DNA from: Candidatus Iainarchaeum sp.
GTDB taxonomy: Archaea > Iainarchaeota > Iainarchaeia > Iainarchaeales > CSSED10-239
NCBI GenBank assembly: GCA_028700115.1
Contig: JAQVTI010000003.1
Span: 1-32,000 of the forward strand
Direction: 5' to 3'
DNA: 32,000 nucleotides
Position 1 is the first letter of the stretch; each line of letters begins with the position of its first letter. Shown here one piece after another: positions 1 to 9,653 of the stretch. The notes under the pieces are model-generated. The model saw only the letters and a list, made by a program, of their open reading frames with translations. It did not search any database and had not been told where the DNA came from. Both the position numbers and the translations under genes were made by a program.

Positions 1-263
1 CATCACTTGATTGAAAAACTGTTATAGAAGAAGAATCTGAAAGATGAGTATTTGTAAAGCCTTTTGAAAAGTTTAAAACAATAACAACCAAAGCTAAAGA
101 TATTAAAATTATTAAAACGGTTGCGATTAATGGACTTATAGATTTGGATTTTGAAAAGGGTAAAAAGTTTAAAAACATAAGTTATCAAAAATAATATTAA
201 AAAAAAGATTTAAATAGGTATGGGTTAGGGGTATTTAAAAAAAATAAAAAAAAGCAAAAAAAA

Positions 264-1883
264 TTATAATTTAGAAACAATTTTTTTTGCAATTTGAGCA
301 TAAACAGGTCTAGTTATAAAAACACCAATAGCAGTACCTAAAAGAATAGTTACTGCAAATCCAGTTAATTTCCCAAGTCCTAAACCAAAAATAGGAATCA
401 TTGTTACTGCAGTAGTAGCAGCAGCAGCAAACATTATAAAAAATGCTTTTTTAATTCTTCTAATAAGACTATCAGAAGAAGAATACTCATTTTTATTTTT
501 AGATCTACCTTTTAAAAGTTCATCAATAATTATAATATTATCATCCACACCAGTTCCAATAGTTGCTAAAATTCCTGCAACTGCTGCAAGATCTAATCTA
601 AAACTTAAAAGAGATAAAAACCCTAACAATATCAAAATCTCAGAAGTACCTGTTATAAGAATAGGTATAACTAGTTTTATTTGTTTATATCTAAAAAATA
701 AAACTATAGCAACAGTAATTAATGCCAAAATACCAATCCACAAACTAGTATTTAAAAAAGAACTACCTAAATATGGAGAAATAGATTCAGTACTTATACT
801 TTCTATAGCAATAGGTAAAGAACCAGAAGTAATTATTAAATCTAAATAATCAAGTCTAGAAACAGCATCATCATAACTACTTGCTTGACCAGTAATTGTC
901 AAATTTGTAAAAGTTTGAAATCTAGAAGAATCCATAGTTGGGACATCCATATTTGCAATACCTTCAGTTATAGAAATAACAGATTTTAAACCAGTAGCAG
1001 TCCAAATCCAAGGCACACCTTCTTCTTTTTCTTTTAAAATTATTTTATATCCAATATCTTCTAAAGAAGAAATAATTGATAAAGAAACATTTGGAGAAAT
1101 AATAATTTTTTTAAAATTTACAAAATTATTTTTTAAATCAACTAATTGCTTATCTGTTAAATTAGAATCAACTATAAAATAAGGAACAGTTAATTCACTA
1201 AATAAATCTTCAATAGGAATATAACTAGAAGAAATTTCTAAAGCAGTTGGAACTTGTTTTTCTTGAAAATAAAGTTCACTATCCATCATAATTAAAGTAT
1301 CTTTTGGTCTATCTACAAAAAAGAATGTATTTGCACAATCATATTCTTCAGAACCATTAGAATAACCTATAGGAACACATTTATGAAAAACCATTTCAGC
1401 AAATCTATTTGTTGCAGAATTAGTTAAAATTAAAGGTAATGTCCATCTATAAGCACCATTACTAGAAGGTATTTCTTGAAAACCATAACCTTTTTGAGGA
1501 TCTTTTATAATTGTAATTTCATCTCCAGAAAATAAAACTTCTGATTCTAAAACTGCCTCAAAAGTACCTTGTCTTAAAAGAATTTCTTTAAGACTTGCAA
1601 TTTCATCAGGATCAGATTCTGCAATAGAAGCAACTAAATATTGATCTCCAGAAGGAGTAACTTTAGTATCTTTAGACCCAGACCAATTTAATCTTTTATC
1701 AATTACAGATGAAATTTTAGTTAACTGCTCAGAAGAAACAGGTTCTTCTAAAACAATTTGAAAAGAAGTTCCACCATTAAAATCAACTCCAAAAAACAAA
1801 CCTTTTGTTGCAAGAAGTGTTATTGTAAATAATAATAAAATTATCCAAAAAATAAATATTGGCTTTTTAAATAAAGTTTTCAT
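264..1883 (-). CDS. secD: Preprotein translocase subunit SecD (archaeal type)
   Basis: 539 aa ORF; N-terminal TM followed by 'FFGVDFNGGTSFQI' (SecD/F D1-like motif) and a C-terminal multi-TM block with 'GILATIGTGVDDNIIIIDE'; sits downstream of secF. Confidence 0.93.
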   Translation of the reverse strand: MKTLFKKPIFIFWIILLLFTITLLATKGLFFGVDFNGGTSFQIVLEEPVSSEQLTKISSVIDKRLNWSGSKDTKVTPSGDQYLVASIAESDPDEIASLKEILLRQGTFEAVLESEVLFSGDEITIIKDPQKGYGFQEIPSSNGAYRWTLPLILTNSATNRFAEMVFHKCVPIGYSNGSEEYDCANTFFFVDRPKDTLIMMDSELYFQEKQVPTALEISSSYIPIEDLFSELTVPYFIVDSNLTDKQLVDLKNNFVNFKKIIISPNVSLSIISSLEDIGYKIILKEKEEGVPWIWTATGLKSVISITEGIANMDVPTMDSSRFQTFTNLTITGQASSYDDAVSRLDYLDLIITSGSLPIAIESISTESISPYLGSSFLNTSLWIGILALITVAIVLFFRYKQIKLVIPILITGTSEILILLGFLSLLSFRLDLAAVAGILATIGTGVDDNIIIIDELLKGRSKNKNEYSSSDSLIRRIKKAFFIMFAAAATTAVTMIPIFGLGLGKLTGFAVTILLGTAIGVFITRPVYAQIAKKIVSKL

Positions 1884-1900
1884 AAAAATTCACACATTTA

Positions 1901-2971
1901 CTAATTTTTTTGTTTTTTCTTAACATAATTTATTAATGCAGGTGCATTAAAAAACCATGTAGAAATTAAATCTCCTATTAACCCACATAAAAGAATAATT
2001 GAAATTTCAAAAATTACTGTTATCTGAGACAGATAAGAAATAATTAACATAACAATAACTGTAGACATAGTTGTAAAAGTCATCGTAAGTCCAGTTTTAA
2101 TTGACTCATTACATGCAAATATTGGATTTTTAGATTTATCTTTTAGTAATCTAGAACTAAGCATGATATCTGTATCCACAGAATACCCAATAAGCATTAA
2201 AAGAGCAGGAATAGTTGTTAAACTTAAAGGCAAATTAAAAATTGACATTCCTGCTAAAGCAGCAAGAATATCAAAAAGGGCTGCAAAAATAATTAAACCG
2301 GAAGGAACAATTTCTCTAAAAAATAATAAAATTACTAAAATTAATAAAGTAAAAGCAATAATTCCAGCCTTTACAGAACTTTTTATAAAATCAGAACCTA
2401 AAGTAGGAGCAACCTCTCTTGTTTGTATTTTTGGGTTTTCTCCTAAAGATAATTCTGAAGAAATAATATTAATAACACTATTATTAAAATTAGTATTTGC
2501 TAAATTAATTAAAGTAACTAAACTTTGTTTAATATCATCAGAAGTTTTAGAATAATCAATATCTTCTAAATCACTTGAAACTAAAAAACCTTTATTTACC
2601 AGAGGCATTAAAATATCTTTAGAAGAATTTTTTAAAAAATCTAAATCAGTATTTTTAAAATCAATTTTTGATTTTTGATCTTTTACAAATTGAATATCTT
2701 TTTGTAAAGAAAATTGAATAGTTAAACCATATTCATTAATATTCTTAGTTTGAACAATTGAAACTTCTGAAAGATTAAATTTTTCTAAAAGTAAAGGTTC
2801 TATAGTAGAATAATCTTTAGAATCATCATAATGAACAATAATCTGATTACCACCTTTTAAATCTATCCCTTTTTCTAAACCAGGATAAATAAATGCTAAA
2901 ACTAAAAATATAATTCCTAAAAATAAAGGAATTAACATATATCTATTATAATTTGTATTAAATAATTCCAT
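1901..2971 (-). CDS. secF: Protein-export membrane protein SecF
   Basis: 356 aa ORF; 'YPGLEKGIDLKGGNQIIV', 'REVAPTLGSDFIKSSVKAGIIAF' and 'LLMLIGYSVDTDIMLSSRLL' are typical SecF motifs. Confidence 0.93.
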   Translation of the reverse strand: MELFNTNYNRYMLIPLFLGIIFLVLAFIYPGLEKGIDLKGGNQIIVHYDDSKDYSTIEPLLLEKFNLSEVSIVQTKNINEYGLTIQFSLQKDIQFVKDQKSKIDFKNTDLDFLKNSSKDILMPLVNKGFLVSSDLEDIDYSKTSDDIKQSLVTLINLANTNFNNSVINIISSELSLGENPKIQTREVAPTLGSDFIKSSVKAGIIAFTLLILVILLFFREIVPSGLIIFAALFDILAALAGMSIFNLPLSLTTIPALLMLIGYSVDTDIMLSSRLLKDKSKNPIFACNESIKTGLTMTFTTMSTVIVMLIISYLSQITVIFEISIILLCGLIGDLISTWFFNAPALINYVKKKQKN

Positions 2972-3125
2972 AAAAGGTCACATTAATTAATTTTTAAAAA
3001 AATACTATTTTAAATAAAGTTTTTAAAAAATTCAAAAAATTAATTTACTTTATAAATAGTTTATTATATATATAATATAAGAAAGATATATAAATGTAAT
3101 TTAAAAAATAAAAAAAAGATTAAAT

Positions 3126-3989
3126 ATGAAATTTCCACAGATAATAAATTCAAAAGAATTTATAGAAATAATAATAAATCAAACAAAAAAAGAAAATGAT
3201 TCACAAGACTATTTAAAATATATAAATCACATACAAAATAAAATTATTGAAAAACTATCCTCAGTAATAAACAAACTCCCAGATTATACAAAAATGAATG
3301 AATATTATTTAACAATGTCTAAAAACATATGCCCAATAACAACTATGGATAAACATAGAAATCATTACCTAACTACTATTGTATTAATAAATAAAATGTC
3401 AGAAAAATATAAAAGATCAATAAAAAGAGAAAGAGATAAAAGAAAAAGAAATTTTTTAAAAAAAGAATATCTTGGAAGAATAGCATCTATTATTAAAAAA
3501 TTAGATTCAACAAATAAAATTTTAAAAACATATACAAAAGATTTTGGAAGAATTGCAGATCCTAAAAAATATTTTTCAATAGTAATAGTAGGACTTCCAA
3601 ATTCAGGAAAAACAACACTATTAACAAAAATTACAGATGCTAATCCAGAAATAAATACATATGAATTTACAACAAAATCATTAAATTTAGGATACTTTAA
3701 AATTAGAGAAGAAATAATTCAAGTTGTAGATACCCCTGGACTAATACATTTAGAATTTAAAGAAATGAATTTCATTGAAAAAAATGCAATTGTAGCAATA
3801 AAAACACTTGCAGACATAGTTTTATTTTTATATAATAAAAATATAGATTTAAAAAAACAAGAAGAAATGTATGAATATCTTAAAAAAGAAAACCCTGATA
3901 AGATATTTTATGTTCATTCTAGTTTTGGTGGAAATTTTACAAAAGGAAAAGAAATTAATATAAAAGATATACTTCTTAAAAAATTTTAA
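3126..3989 (+). CDS. NOG1-like GTPase (OBG/NOG family)
   Basis: N-terminal helical NOG1-like region, then P-loop 'VIVGLPNSGKTTLLTKIT', G3 'VDTPGL', and 'EKNAIVAIKTLADIVLFLYN'. Confidence 0.85.
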   Translation: MKFPQIINSKEFIEIIINQTKKENDSQDYLKYINHIQNKIIEKLSSVINKLPDYTKMNEYYLTMSKNICPITTMDKHRNHYLTTIVLINKMSEKYKRSIKRERDKRKRNFLKKEYLGRIASIIKKLDSTNKILKTYTKDFGRIADPKKYFSIVIVGLPNSGKTTLLTKITDANPEINTYEFTTKSLNLGYFKIREEIIQVVDTPGLIHLEFKEMNFIEKNAIVAIKTLADIVLFLYNKNIDLKKQEEMYEYLKKENPDKIFYVHSSFGGNFTKGKEINIKDILLKKF

Positions 3990-4087
3990 AAAATAATACA
4001 ATTAGAAAAAAATAAAATATTATATAAATATTTTTATAGAATAAATATATATTATAAAAACTAATTTTAAAAATAAAGCATCATAAG

Positions 4088-4378
4088 GTGATTAACATGA
4101 TAAAAAAAACAAAAAAACAAGAAATTTGTGAAAAAATGGCAAAAGAAATAATAGATGAAGCAGATTTCTTGTTAGAAGATCACACAATTCCAAAAAATGT
4201 ACAATATGTAATTAAAAATATGCAAGAAAGAATTAAAAAAAATTTATGCTCATTAGAAGTATCAAGTACATTATATAATCTAGAAGAAACAATTAGTAAC
4301 ATGACAGTTTCTGATTGTAGATCATCTGTTTGGAACTTAATAAATAAACTAGAAAGTTTAAAGGAAAAAATGAAATGA
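4088..4378 (+). CDS. UPF0147-like small helical protein
   Basis: 96 aa; 'DHTIPKNVQYVIKNMQERI' resembles archaeal UPF0147 proteins; preceded by an SD-like 'aggtga'; stop overlaps the DP1 ATG. Confidence 0.7.
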   Translation: MINMIKKTKKQEICEKMAKEIIDEADFLLEDHTIPKNVQYVIKNMQERIKKNLCSLEVSSTLYNLEETISNMTVSDCRSSVWNLINKLESLKEKMK

Positions 4379-5820
4379 ATCAAGAAATTATTAAATATGC
4401 AAGAGAGAATAATTTAATAATTACAGAAAAAGCATTAAGACTTTTAAATAATTATAATTATAAAAAAATAATTGAAAAATTAAAAGGAAAAGAAATATTA
4501 TTTGTAAAAGAAAATGATATTTTAAAAATACAAAACGAAAAAAATCAAAAAGAAGAAAACTTTGAAGAAAATTTTGAAAATAATTTTATAATATTAGATA
4601 AATACGACATTACAAATAAAAATTATTCACAAGGAAGTGTAGAAGATTTTCACAAACTATTTATAGATAAATATAACACAATTTCACAAATTCTAAAAAA
4701 CAGACTAAATTGTGAATACACAACAATAGAAAATGCAAAAAATTTAATTAAAAATCAAAAAGTAGATATAATTGGAATGGTTTATGAAAAAAGAATGAGT
4801 AAAAATGAAAATTTAATACTAGATGTAGATGATCCTACTGGAAGAATAAAATTAGTAATACTTAATAAAGATGAAGAAAAATTTGAAAAATATAAACAAA
4901 CATTAACAGATAATGTTTTAGGATTTAAATGTAATGTACTTTCAAAAGACATGCTTATTGTAAATGAAATAATATACCCAGATATACCTTTAGAAAAAAA
5001 TAAATCAACTACAACAATAGATAAATATATTGCTATTATTGGAGATACCCATGTTGGAAGTAAACTGTTTTTAGAAAAAGAATTCGCAAAATTTATAGAT
5101 TGGATAAATGGAGAAAATGGACAAAAAGAAATTATTGAAAAAATAAAATATTTAATAATTGCAGGAGATTTAGTAGATGGAGTTGGAATTTATCCAGATC
5201 AATATGATGAACTTGCAATTACGGATGTATTTAAACAATATGAACTTTTTGAAGATTATATTCTTAAAATTAGAGAAAACATCGAAATTTTTATAATATC
5301 AGGAAACCATGATGCAGTAAGATTATCAGACCCTCAACCAGCAATTGATAAAAAATATCTACCAAGACTTTATACTAAAAAAAACATACACATAATGGGA
5401 TCCCCATCATGGGTAATTTTTGATGGATTAAAAACACTTATGTATCATGGAGCTTCACTTCATGGAATTTATGCAGAAATAAAGGGTATGCAAATGGATA
5501 AACCTGATCTTGCAATGAAAGAAGTACTTATTAGAAGAGATTTAATGCCACAATACGGACATAGACAAACATTTGTACCAATAGAAAAAAACTTAATGAC
5601 TATTAATGAAATACCAGATATATTTATCACAGCAGACGTACATCATCATGCATATTCTAAATATAAAAATACACATTTAATATGTTCTTCTTGTTGGCAA
5701 AGTACAACTAAATATCAAATAGAAAAAGGACATGTGCCTACAATTGCAAAAGTATTATTATTTAATTTAAAAGACGAAACTCTTTTAATAAAAGATTTTG
5801 AAGAAGATAAAAATGAATAA
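4375..5820 (+). CDS. polB: DNA polymerase D small subunit DP1
   Basis: 481 aa; OB-fold region plus calcineurin-like phosphatase motifs 'IAIIGDTHVGSK', 'IAGDLVDGVGIYPDQYDEL', 'ISGNHD' and 'MYHGASLHG'. Confidence 0.95.
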   Translation: MNQEIIKYARENNLIITEKALRLLNNYNYKKIIEKLKGKEILFVKENDILKIQNEKNQKEENFEENFENNFIILDKYDITNKNYSQGSVEDFHKLFIDKYNTISQILKNRLNCEYTTIENAKNLIKNQKVDIIGMVYEKRMSKNENLILDVDDPTGRIKLVILNKDEEKFEKYKQTLTDNVLGFKCNVLSKDMLIVNEIIYPDIPLEKNKSTTTIDKYIAIIGDTHVGSKLFLEKEFAKFIDWINGENGQKEIIEKIKYLIIAGDLVDGVGIYPDQYDELAITDVFKQYELFEDYILKIRENIEIFIISGNHDAVRLSDPQPAIDKKYLPRLYTKKNIHIMGSPSWVIFDGLKTLMYHGASLHGIYAEIKGMQMDKPDLAMKEVLIRRDLMPQYGHRQTFVPIEKNLMTINEIPDIFITADVHHHAYSKYKNTHLICSSCWQSTTKYQIEKGHVPTIAKVLLFNLKDETLLIKDFEEDKNE

Positions 5821-8800
5821 CCCAGAAAAATTAAAAGCAACAAAAGAAATTAAAGAATATTATATTAAATTAACAAAAGATATAGATATAGCTGTAGAAA
5901 TTGCAAAAAACGCAAGAAGTCAAGGAAAAGATGTATCAACAAATATAGAAACAATCCCTGCAGCAGGAATTGCAGAAAAAACAGAATTATTAGTTGGGCC
6001 ATCTGGAGTTGCAGAAAAATACAACCAACTTTGGGAAAAACATCATGATAGATTAAAAGTTACAATAGAAATATTTAATTTAATACTAGACCAAAAACTT
6101 GGAAATATAGAAGACCCAGAAAAAAGATTAGAACAAGCAATTAGAACAGCACTAGTTATTCAAACAGATGGAGTAGTAGTATCTCCATTAGATGGACTTC
6201 CTGAAATAAAAATTTCAAAAAATCCAGATGGATCTAAATATCCAGATATATATTTTGCAGGACCAATAAGAGCAGCAGGAGGAAATGCACAAACATTTCC
6301 ATTATTACTTGCAGATCTTGCTAGAAAAAAATTACATCTTGATAGATATAAACCTTCACAAAAAGAAATAAATAGAATTATTGAAGAAACAATGATTTAT
6401 CAAAAAGATGTAGTAGTAAGACAACAAAGAGTTACAGAAAATGAAATAAAAATAATTGCAGAAAATTGTCCTATTTGTATAAATAGTGGACCAGATAGTG
6501 ATGTAGAAGTAATGGTTAATAGAGATATGGAAAGAATACCAACAAATAGAATTAGAGGAGCAATGTGCTTAGTTTTAATAGACGGTCTTTATGTAAGAGC
6601 AATGAAAATTATGAAAACTAGTAAAAAACTAGAACTAGATTGGCAATGGTTAGAAAAATTAATAAAAGTAAAAAAAACAGAAAAAGGATTTGAATTAAAA
6701 CCAAGTTCAAAATATATAGAAGGACTTGCAGCAGGAAGGCCAGTATTTTCATACCCCCTTAAAAATGGAGGTTTTAGATTAAGATATGGAAAAGCAAGAA
6801 ACAATGGATTAATGGCAAAAGCAATAAACCCTTCAACAATGTATGTTTTAGAAGAATTTATAGCAGTAGGAACACATGGAAGAATAGAAAGACCAGGAAA
6901 ATCATTACAATATTTTCCATGCGATCAAATAGATGGACCTATTGTAAGATTAAAAAATAAAAATGTTTTAAAAATAAATACAACTGAAAAAGCAAAAGAA
7001 ATTGTAAATCAAATTGAAAAAATATTATTTTTAGGAGATATATTAATTCCAGTTGGGGACTTTAAAAAAAGTGGGCATCCACTTGTAAAAAATGGATATG
7101 TAAAAGAAGAATTTATTTCTGAAATTAAATATCTTATAAAAAAAGGAGAACTTGAAAAAAATATTTTAAAAGAAATACTTGAATTTATAGAAAACAAAAC
7201 CCCTTATGATGCAATTGAACTTAGCTTAAAATATAAAATTCCATTATACCCAGAATATTTAAATTATTATAATTTAATAGAATTAGAAGAACTAAAAATA
7301 TTAATTTCAAAAATAAGAGATTCTGAGAAAATATATAATGAAAATAAAATAATAGGAATTAAAATAAAAAATAATAATGTAATAAAAGAAATTTTAGAAA
7401 AATGTGGGATAGAACATACATTTTTAGAAAAAGAAAATAATTTAGAAATAAAAAAAGAAAATGCATATACATTATTAAAAACACTTGGAAGTTTAAATGC
7501 AAAAAATCCAATAGAAGAATTTATAGATATAATAGAAAATAAAGAAAAAACAAACTGTGAAAAATTAAGCATAATATCAGGAATAAAAATAAAAGATAAA
7601 GCAGGAACATTTATTGGTGCAAGAATGGGAAGACCAGAAGCATCACATGAAAGAATACTTCCAGGAAAACCAAATGTTTTATTTCCTTTAGGACACGGTT
7701 TTGGGAATAATAGAGATATGATAAAAGCTATTGGAAAAAAAGCAGATGGAGCAAAACCAGGTGATTATGGAATTAGTGATGTTGAAATTAAAACATATTT
7801 ATGCCCAAAATGTAAAAAAATAATATTTGGAAATTATTGTTTTGATTGTAAAATACAAACAAAAGAAATTAGATATTGTAATAATTGTAAAAAACAAATG
7901 TTTGAAAAAATTTGCCCAGTTTGTAAACAAGAAACAATATATCAATATAAACATAAAATAAACTTAGACTATCTTATACAAAAAGCAAGCCAAAATGTAA
8001 ATGTTGGAATACCTGAAAAAATAAAAGGAGTAAAAGGACTTGTTAGTGGAAATAAATTTTGTGAACCTTTAGAAAAAGGTATACTTAGAGCAAAATATGA
8101 TCTATATGTGTTTAGAGATGGAACAATTAGATATGAAGCATTAAATGCAACAATTACACAATTTACAGCAAAAGAACTTAATCTAAGTATAGAAAAACTA
8201 AAAGAATTAGGATATAAAAAAGATTATCTTGGAAATGAATTAAAAGATGAAAACCAAAGAATATCTTTATTTCCACAAGACATAATAATTAATGATAAAG
8301 CAGGAGAATATTTTTTAAAAATAACACATTTTATAGATGATCTTTTAGAAAAATTTTATGGATTAAAACAATTTTATAATAAAAAAACAAAAGAAGAATT
8401 AATTGGAGAACTTATAATTGCATTAGCCCCACACACATCTGCAGGAATAGTTGGAAGAATTATAGGATATTCAAAATCTAGACTTGCATGGGGGCATCCT
8501 TATTTTATTACAGCAAAAAGAAGAAATGTAGATGGAGATCAAGATTCCATGCTTTTATTAATGGATGGATTATTAAATTTTTCAGAAAAATATCTTAGTG
8601 GGGGTAGAGGTGGAAGAATGGATGCACCTTTAGCATTTACAACAATTGTAAATCCATATGAAATAGATGATGAATGCTATGAAATGGAAACAGTTACAGA
8701 ATATCCATATGAATTTTATATAAATGCAAAAAATTATGGAGATGCAAATGATAAAAATTTAACTTATGTAGATCAAATTCTTGGAACTGATGATCAATAT

Positions 8801-9277
8801 TCTTGTATTAAATTTACACATGATACAAATGTATTTGATAAAGGACCAAAAACATCTGCATATTTAACTATAAAATCAATGAAAGATAAAGTAGAAAGAC
8901 AAGCAGAACTTCAAAAAAAAATAATGGCTGTTGATAATAAAGATGCACTTGAAAGATTATTACATTATCATTTATTCCCAGATATAATTGGAAATACAAG
9001 AGCATTTGCAAGACAAAAACTAAGATGTGTAAAATGTAATACAAAATATAGAAGAATACCTTTATCAGGAAAATGTAATGTTTGTGGTGGTAAATTAATT
9101 ATGACAATACATGAAGGATCTATTAAAAAATATCTTCAAATTGCAAAGGATTTAATTAAAAATTATGGTCTAAAACCATATCTTTATCAAAAATTAGAAA
9201 TTGCAGAAGAAGATATAAATTCTTTATTTAAAGATAAAGATACAGAAAATCAAAAAGCTTTATCTGACTTCTTTTAA
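5813..9277 (+). CDS. polC: DNA polymerase D large subunit DP2 (intein-free)
   Basis: ORF opens at 5798; the ATG at 5813 (MNNPEKLKATKEIKEYY...) overlaps the DP1 stop and is the likely start. 'GGNAQTFPLLLADLARKKL', 'RNVDGDQDSMLLLMDGLLNFSEKYLSGGRGGRMDAPLAFTT', zinc-finger clusters and a C-terminal PIP-like box are present. Confidence 0.96.
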   Translation: MNNPEKLKATKEIKEYYIKLTKDIDIAVEIAKNARSQGKDVSTNIETIPAAGIAEKTELLVGPSGVAEKYNQLWEKHHDRLKVTIEIFNLILDQKLGNIEDPEKRLEQAIRTALVIQTDGVVVSPLDGLPEIKISKNPDGSKYPDIYFAGPIRAAGGNAQTFPLLLADLARKKLHLDRYKPSQKEINRIIEETMIYQKDVVVRQQRVTENEIKIIAENCPICINSGPDSDVEVMVNRDMERIPTNRIRGAMCLVLIDGLYVRAMKIMKTSKKLELDWQWLEKLIKVKKTEKGFELKPSSKYIEGLAAGRPVFSYPLKNGGFRLRYGKARNNGLMAKAINPSTMYVLEEFIAVGTHGRIERPGKSLQYFPCDQIDGPIVRLKNKNVLKINTTEKAKEIVNQIEKILFLGDILIPVGDFKKSGHPLVKNGYVKEEFISEIKYLIKKGELEKNILKEILEFIENKTPYDAIELSLKYKIPLYPEYLNYYNLIELEELKILISKIRDSEKIYNENKIIGIKIKNNNVIKEILEKCGIEHTFLEKENNLEIKKENAYTLLKTLGSLNAKNPIEEFIDIIENKEKTNCEKLSIISGIKIKDKAGTFIGARMGRPEASHERILPGKPNVLFPLGHGFGNNRDMIKAIGKKADGAKPGDYGISDVEIKTYLCPKCKKIIFGNYCFDCKIQTKEIRYCNNCKKQMFEKICPVCKQETIYQYKHKINLDYLIQKASQNVNVGIPEKIKGVKGLVSGNKFCEPLEKGILRAKYDLYVFRDGTIRYEALNATITQFTAKELNLSIEKLKELGYKKDYLGNELKDENQRISLFPQDIIINDKAGEYFLKITHFIDDLLEKFYGLKQFYNKKTKEELIGELIIALAPHTSAGIVGRIIGYSKSRLAWGHPYFITAKRRNVDGDQDSMLLLMDGLLNFSEKYLSGGRGGRMDAPLAFTTIVNPYEIDDECYEMETVTEYPYEFYINAKNYGDANDKNLTYVDQILGTDDQYSCIKFTHDTNVFDKGPKTSAYLTIKSMKDKVERQAELQKKIMAVDNKDALERLLHYHLFPDIIGNTRAFARQKLRCVKCNTKYRRIPLSGKCNVCGGKLIMTIHEGSIKKYLQIAKDLIKNYGLKPYLYQKLEIAEEDINSLFKDKDTENQKALSDFF

Positions 9278-9304
9278 AATAAAATAAAGAAAAAATGGAA
9301 AAAA

Positions 9305-9622
9305 TTAAGCTTTAAGCTCAATTCCCATTTGAACATCTGAAGGAACATCTACTCTAACTATTTTTCTTAGAATTTTATCATCAGCTTTAACATCAATTAT
9401 TCTTTTATGAATTCTTAATTGAAACTTTTGATATGTTTCTGTTCCCCCACCAGAAGGACCTCTTCTAGTAGGTACAACTAACTTTTTTGTTTTTAGAGGA
9501 ATAATTCCAGAATGTTTTACACCAGCTTTTTTAGCAACATCTAAAACTTGCTCACAAAAGTTTGTTAGTTTTTCGTAATCTGTACTTGTTACAACAATTC
9601 TTGCAGTTTGCATAATTAACAT
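9305..9622 (-). CDS. rps10: 30S ribosomal protein S10
   Basis: 'TARIVVTSTDYEKLTNFCEQVLDVAKKAGVKHSGIIPLKTKKLVVPTRRGPSGGGTETYQKFQLRIHKRIIDV' is a clear uS10; directly downstream of EF1A. Confidence 0.96.
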   Translation of the reverse strand: MLIMQTARIVVTSTDYEKLTNFCEQVLDVAKKAGVKHSGIIPLKTKKLVVPTRRGPSGGGTETYQKFQLRIHKRIIDVKADDKILRKIVRVDVPSDVQMGIELKA

Positions 9623-9653
9623 CCCCTATTTAAAAATATTAAATACAAAGCAA

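Noticed and set aside
1-263. 61 aa minus-strand ORF at 3..188
   Set aside because: Low-complexity F/Y/N/K-rich peptide with no family features, typical of AT-rich antisense noise; the window edge prevents a better reading.
2163-2555. 130 aa plus-strand ORF inside secF
   Set aside because: Antisense to a confident secF; composition is the reverse-strand shadow of hydrophobic codons.
4375-5815. Gene overlaps at 4375-4378 and 5813-5820 as recoding sites
   Set aside because: ATGA-type stop/start overlaps are ordinary translational coupling in operons, and no slippery site is needed to explain them.
6589-7572. Minus-strand ORFs at 6589, 7009 and 7267 within DP2
   Set aside because: Antisense to a confident DP2; F/S/I-rich shadow ORFs of a Lys/Glu/Asn-rich gene.
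5813-9277. Possible intein in DP2
   Set aside because: The 1159 aa frame is the expected extein length, and the catalytic motif region is uninterrupted.
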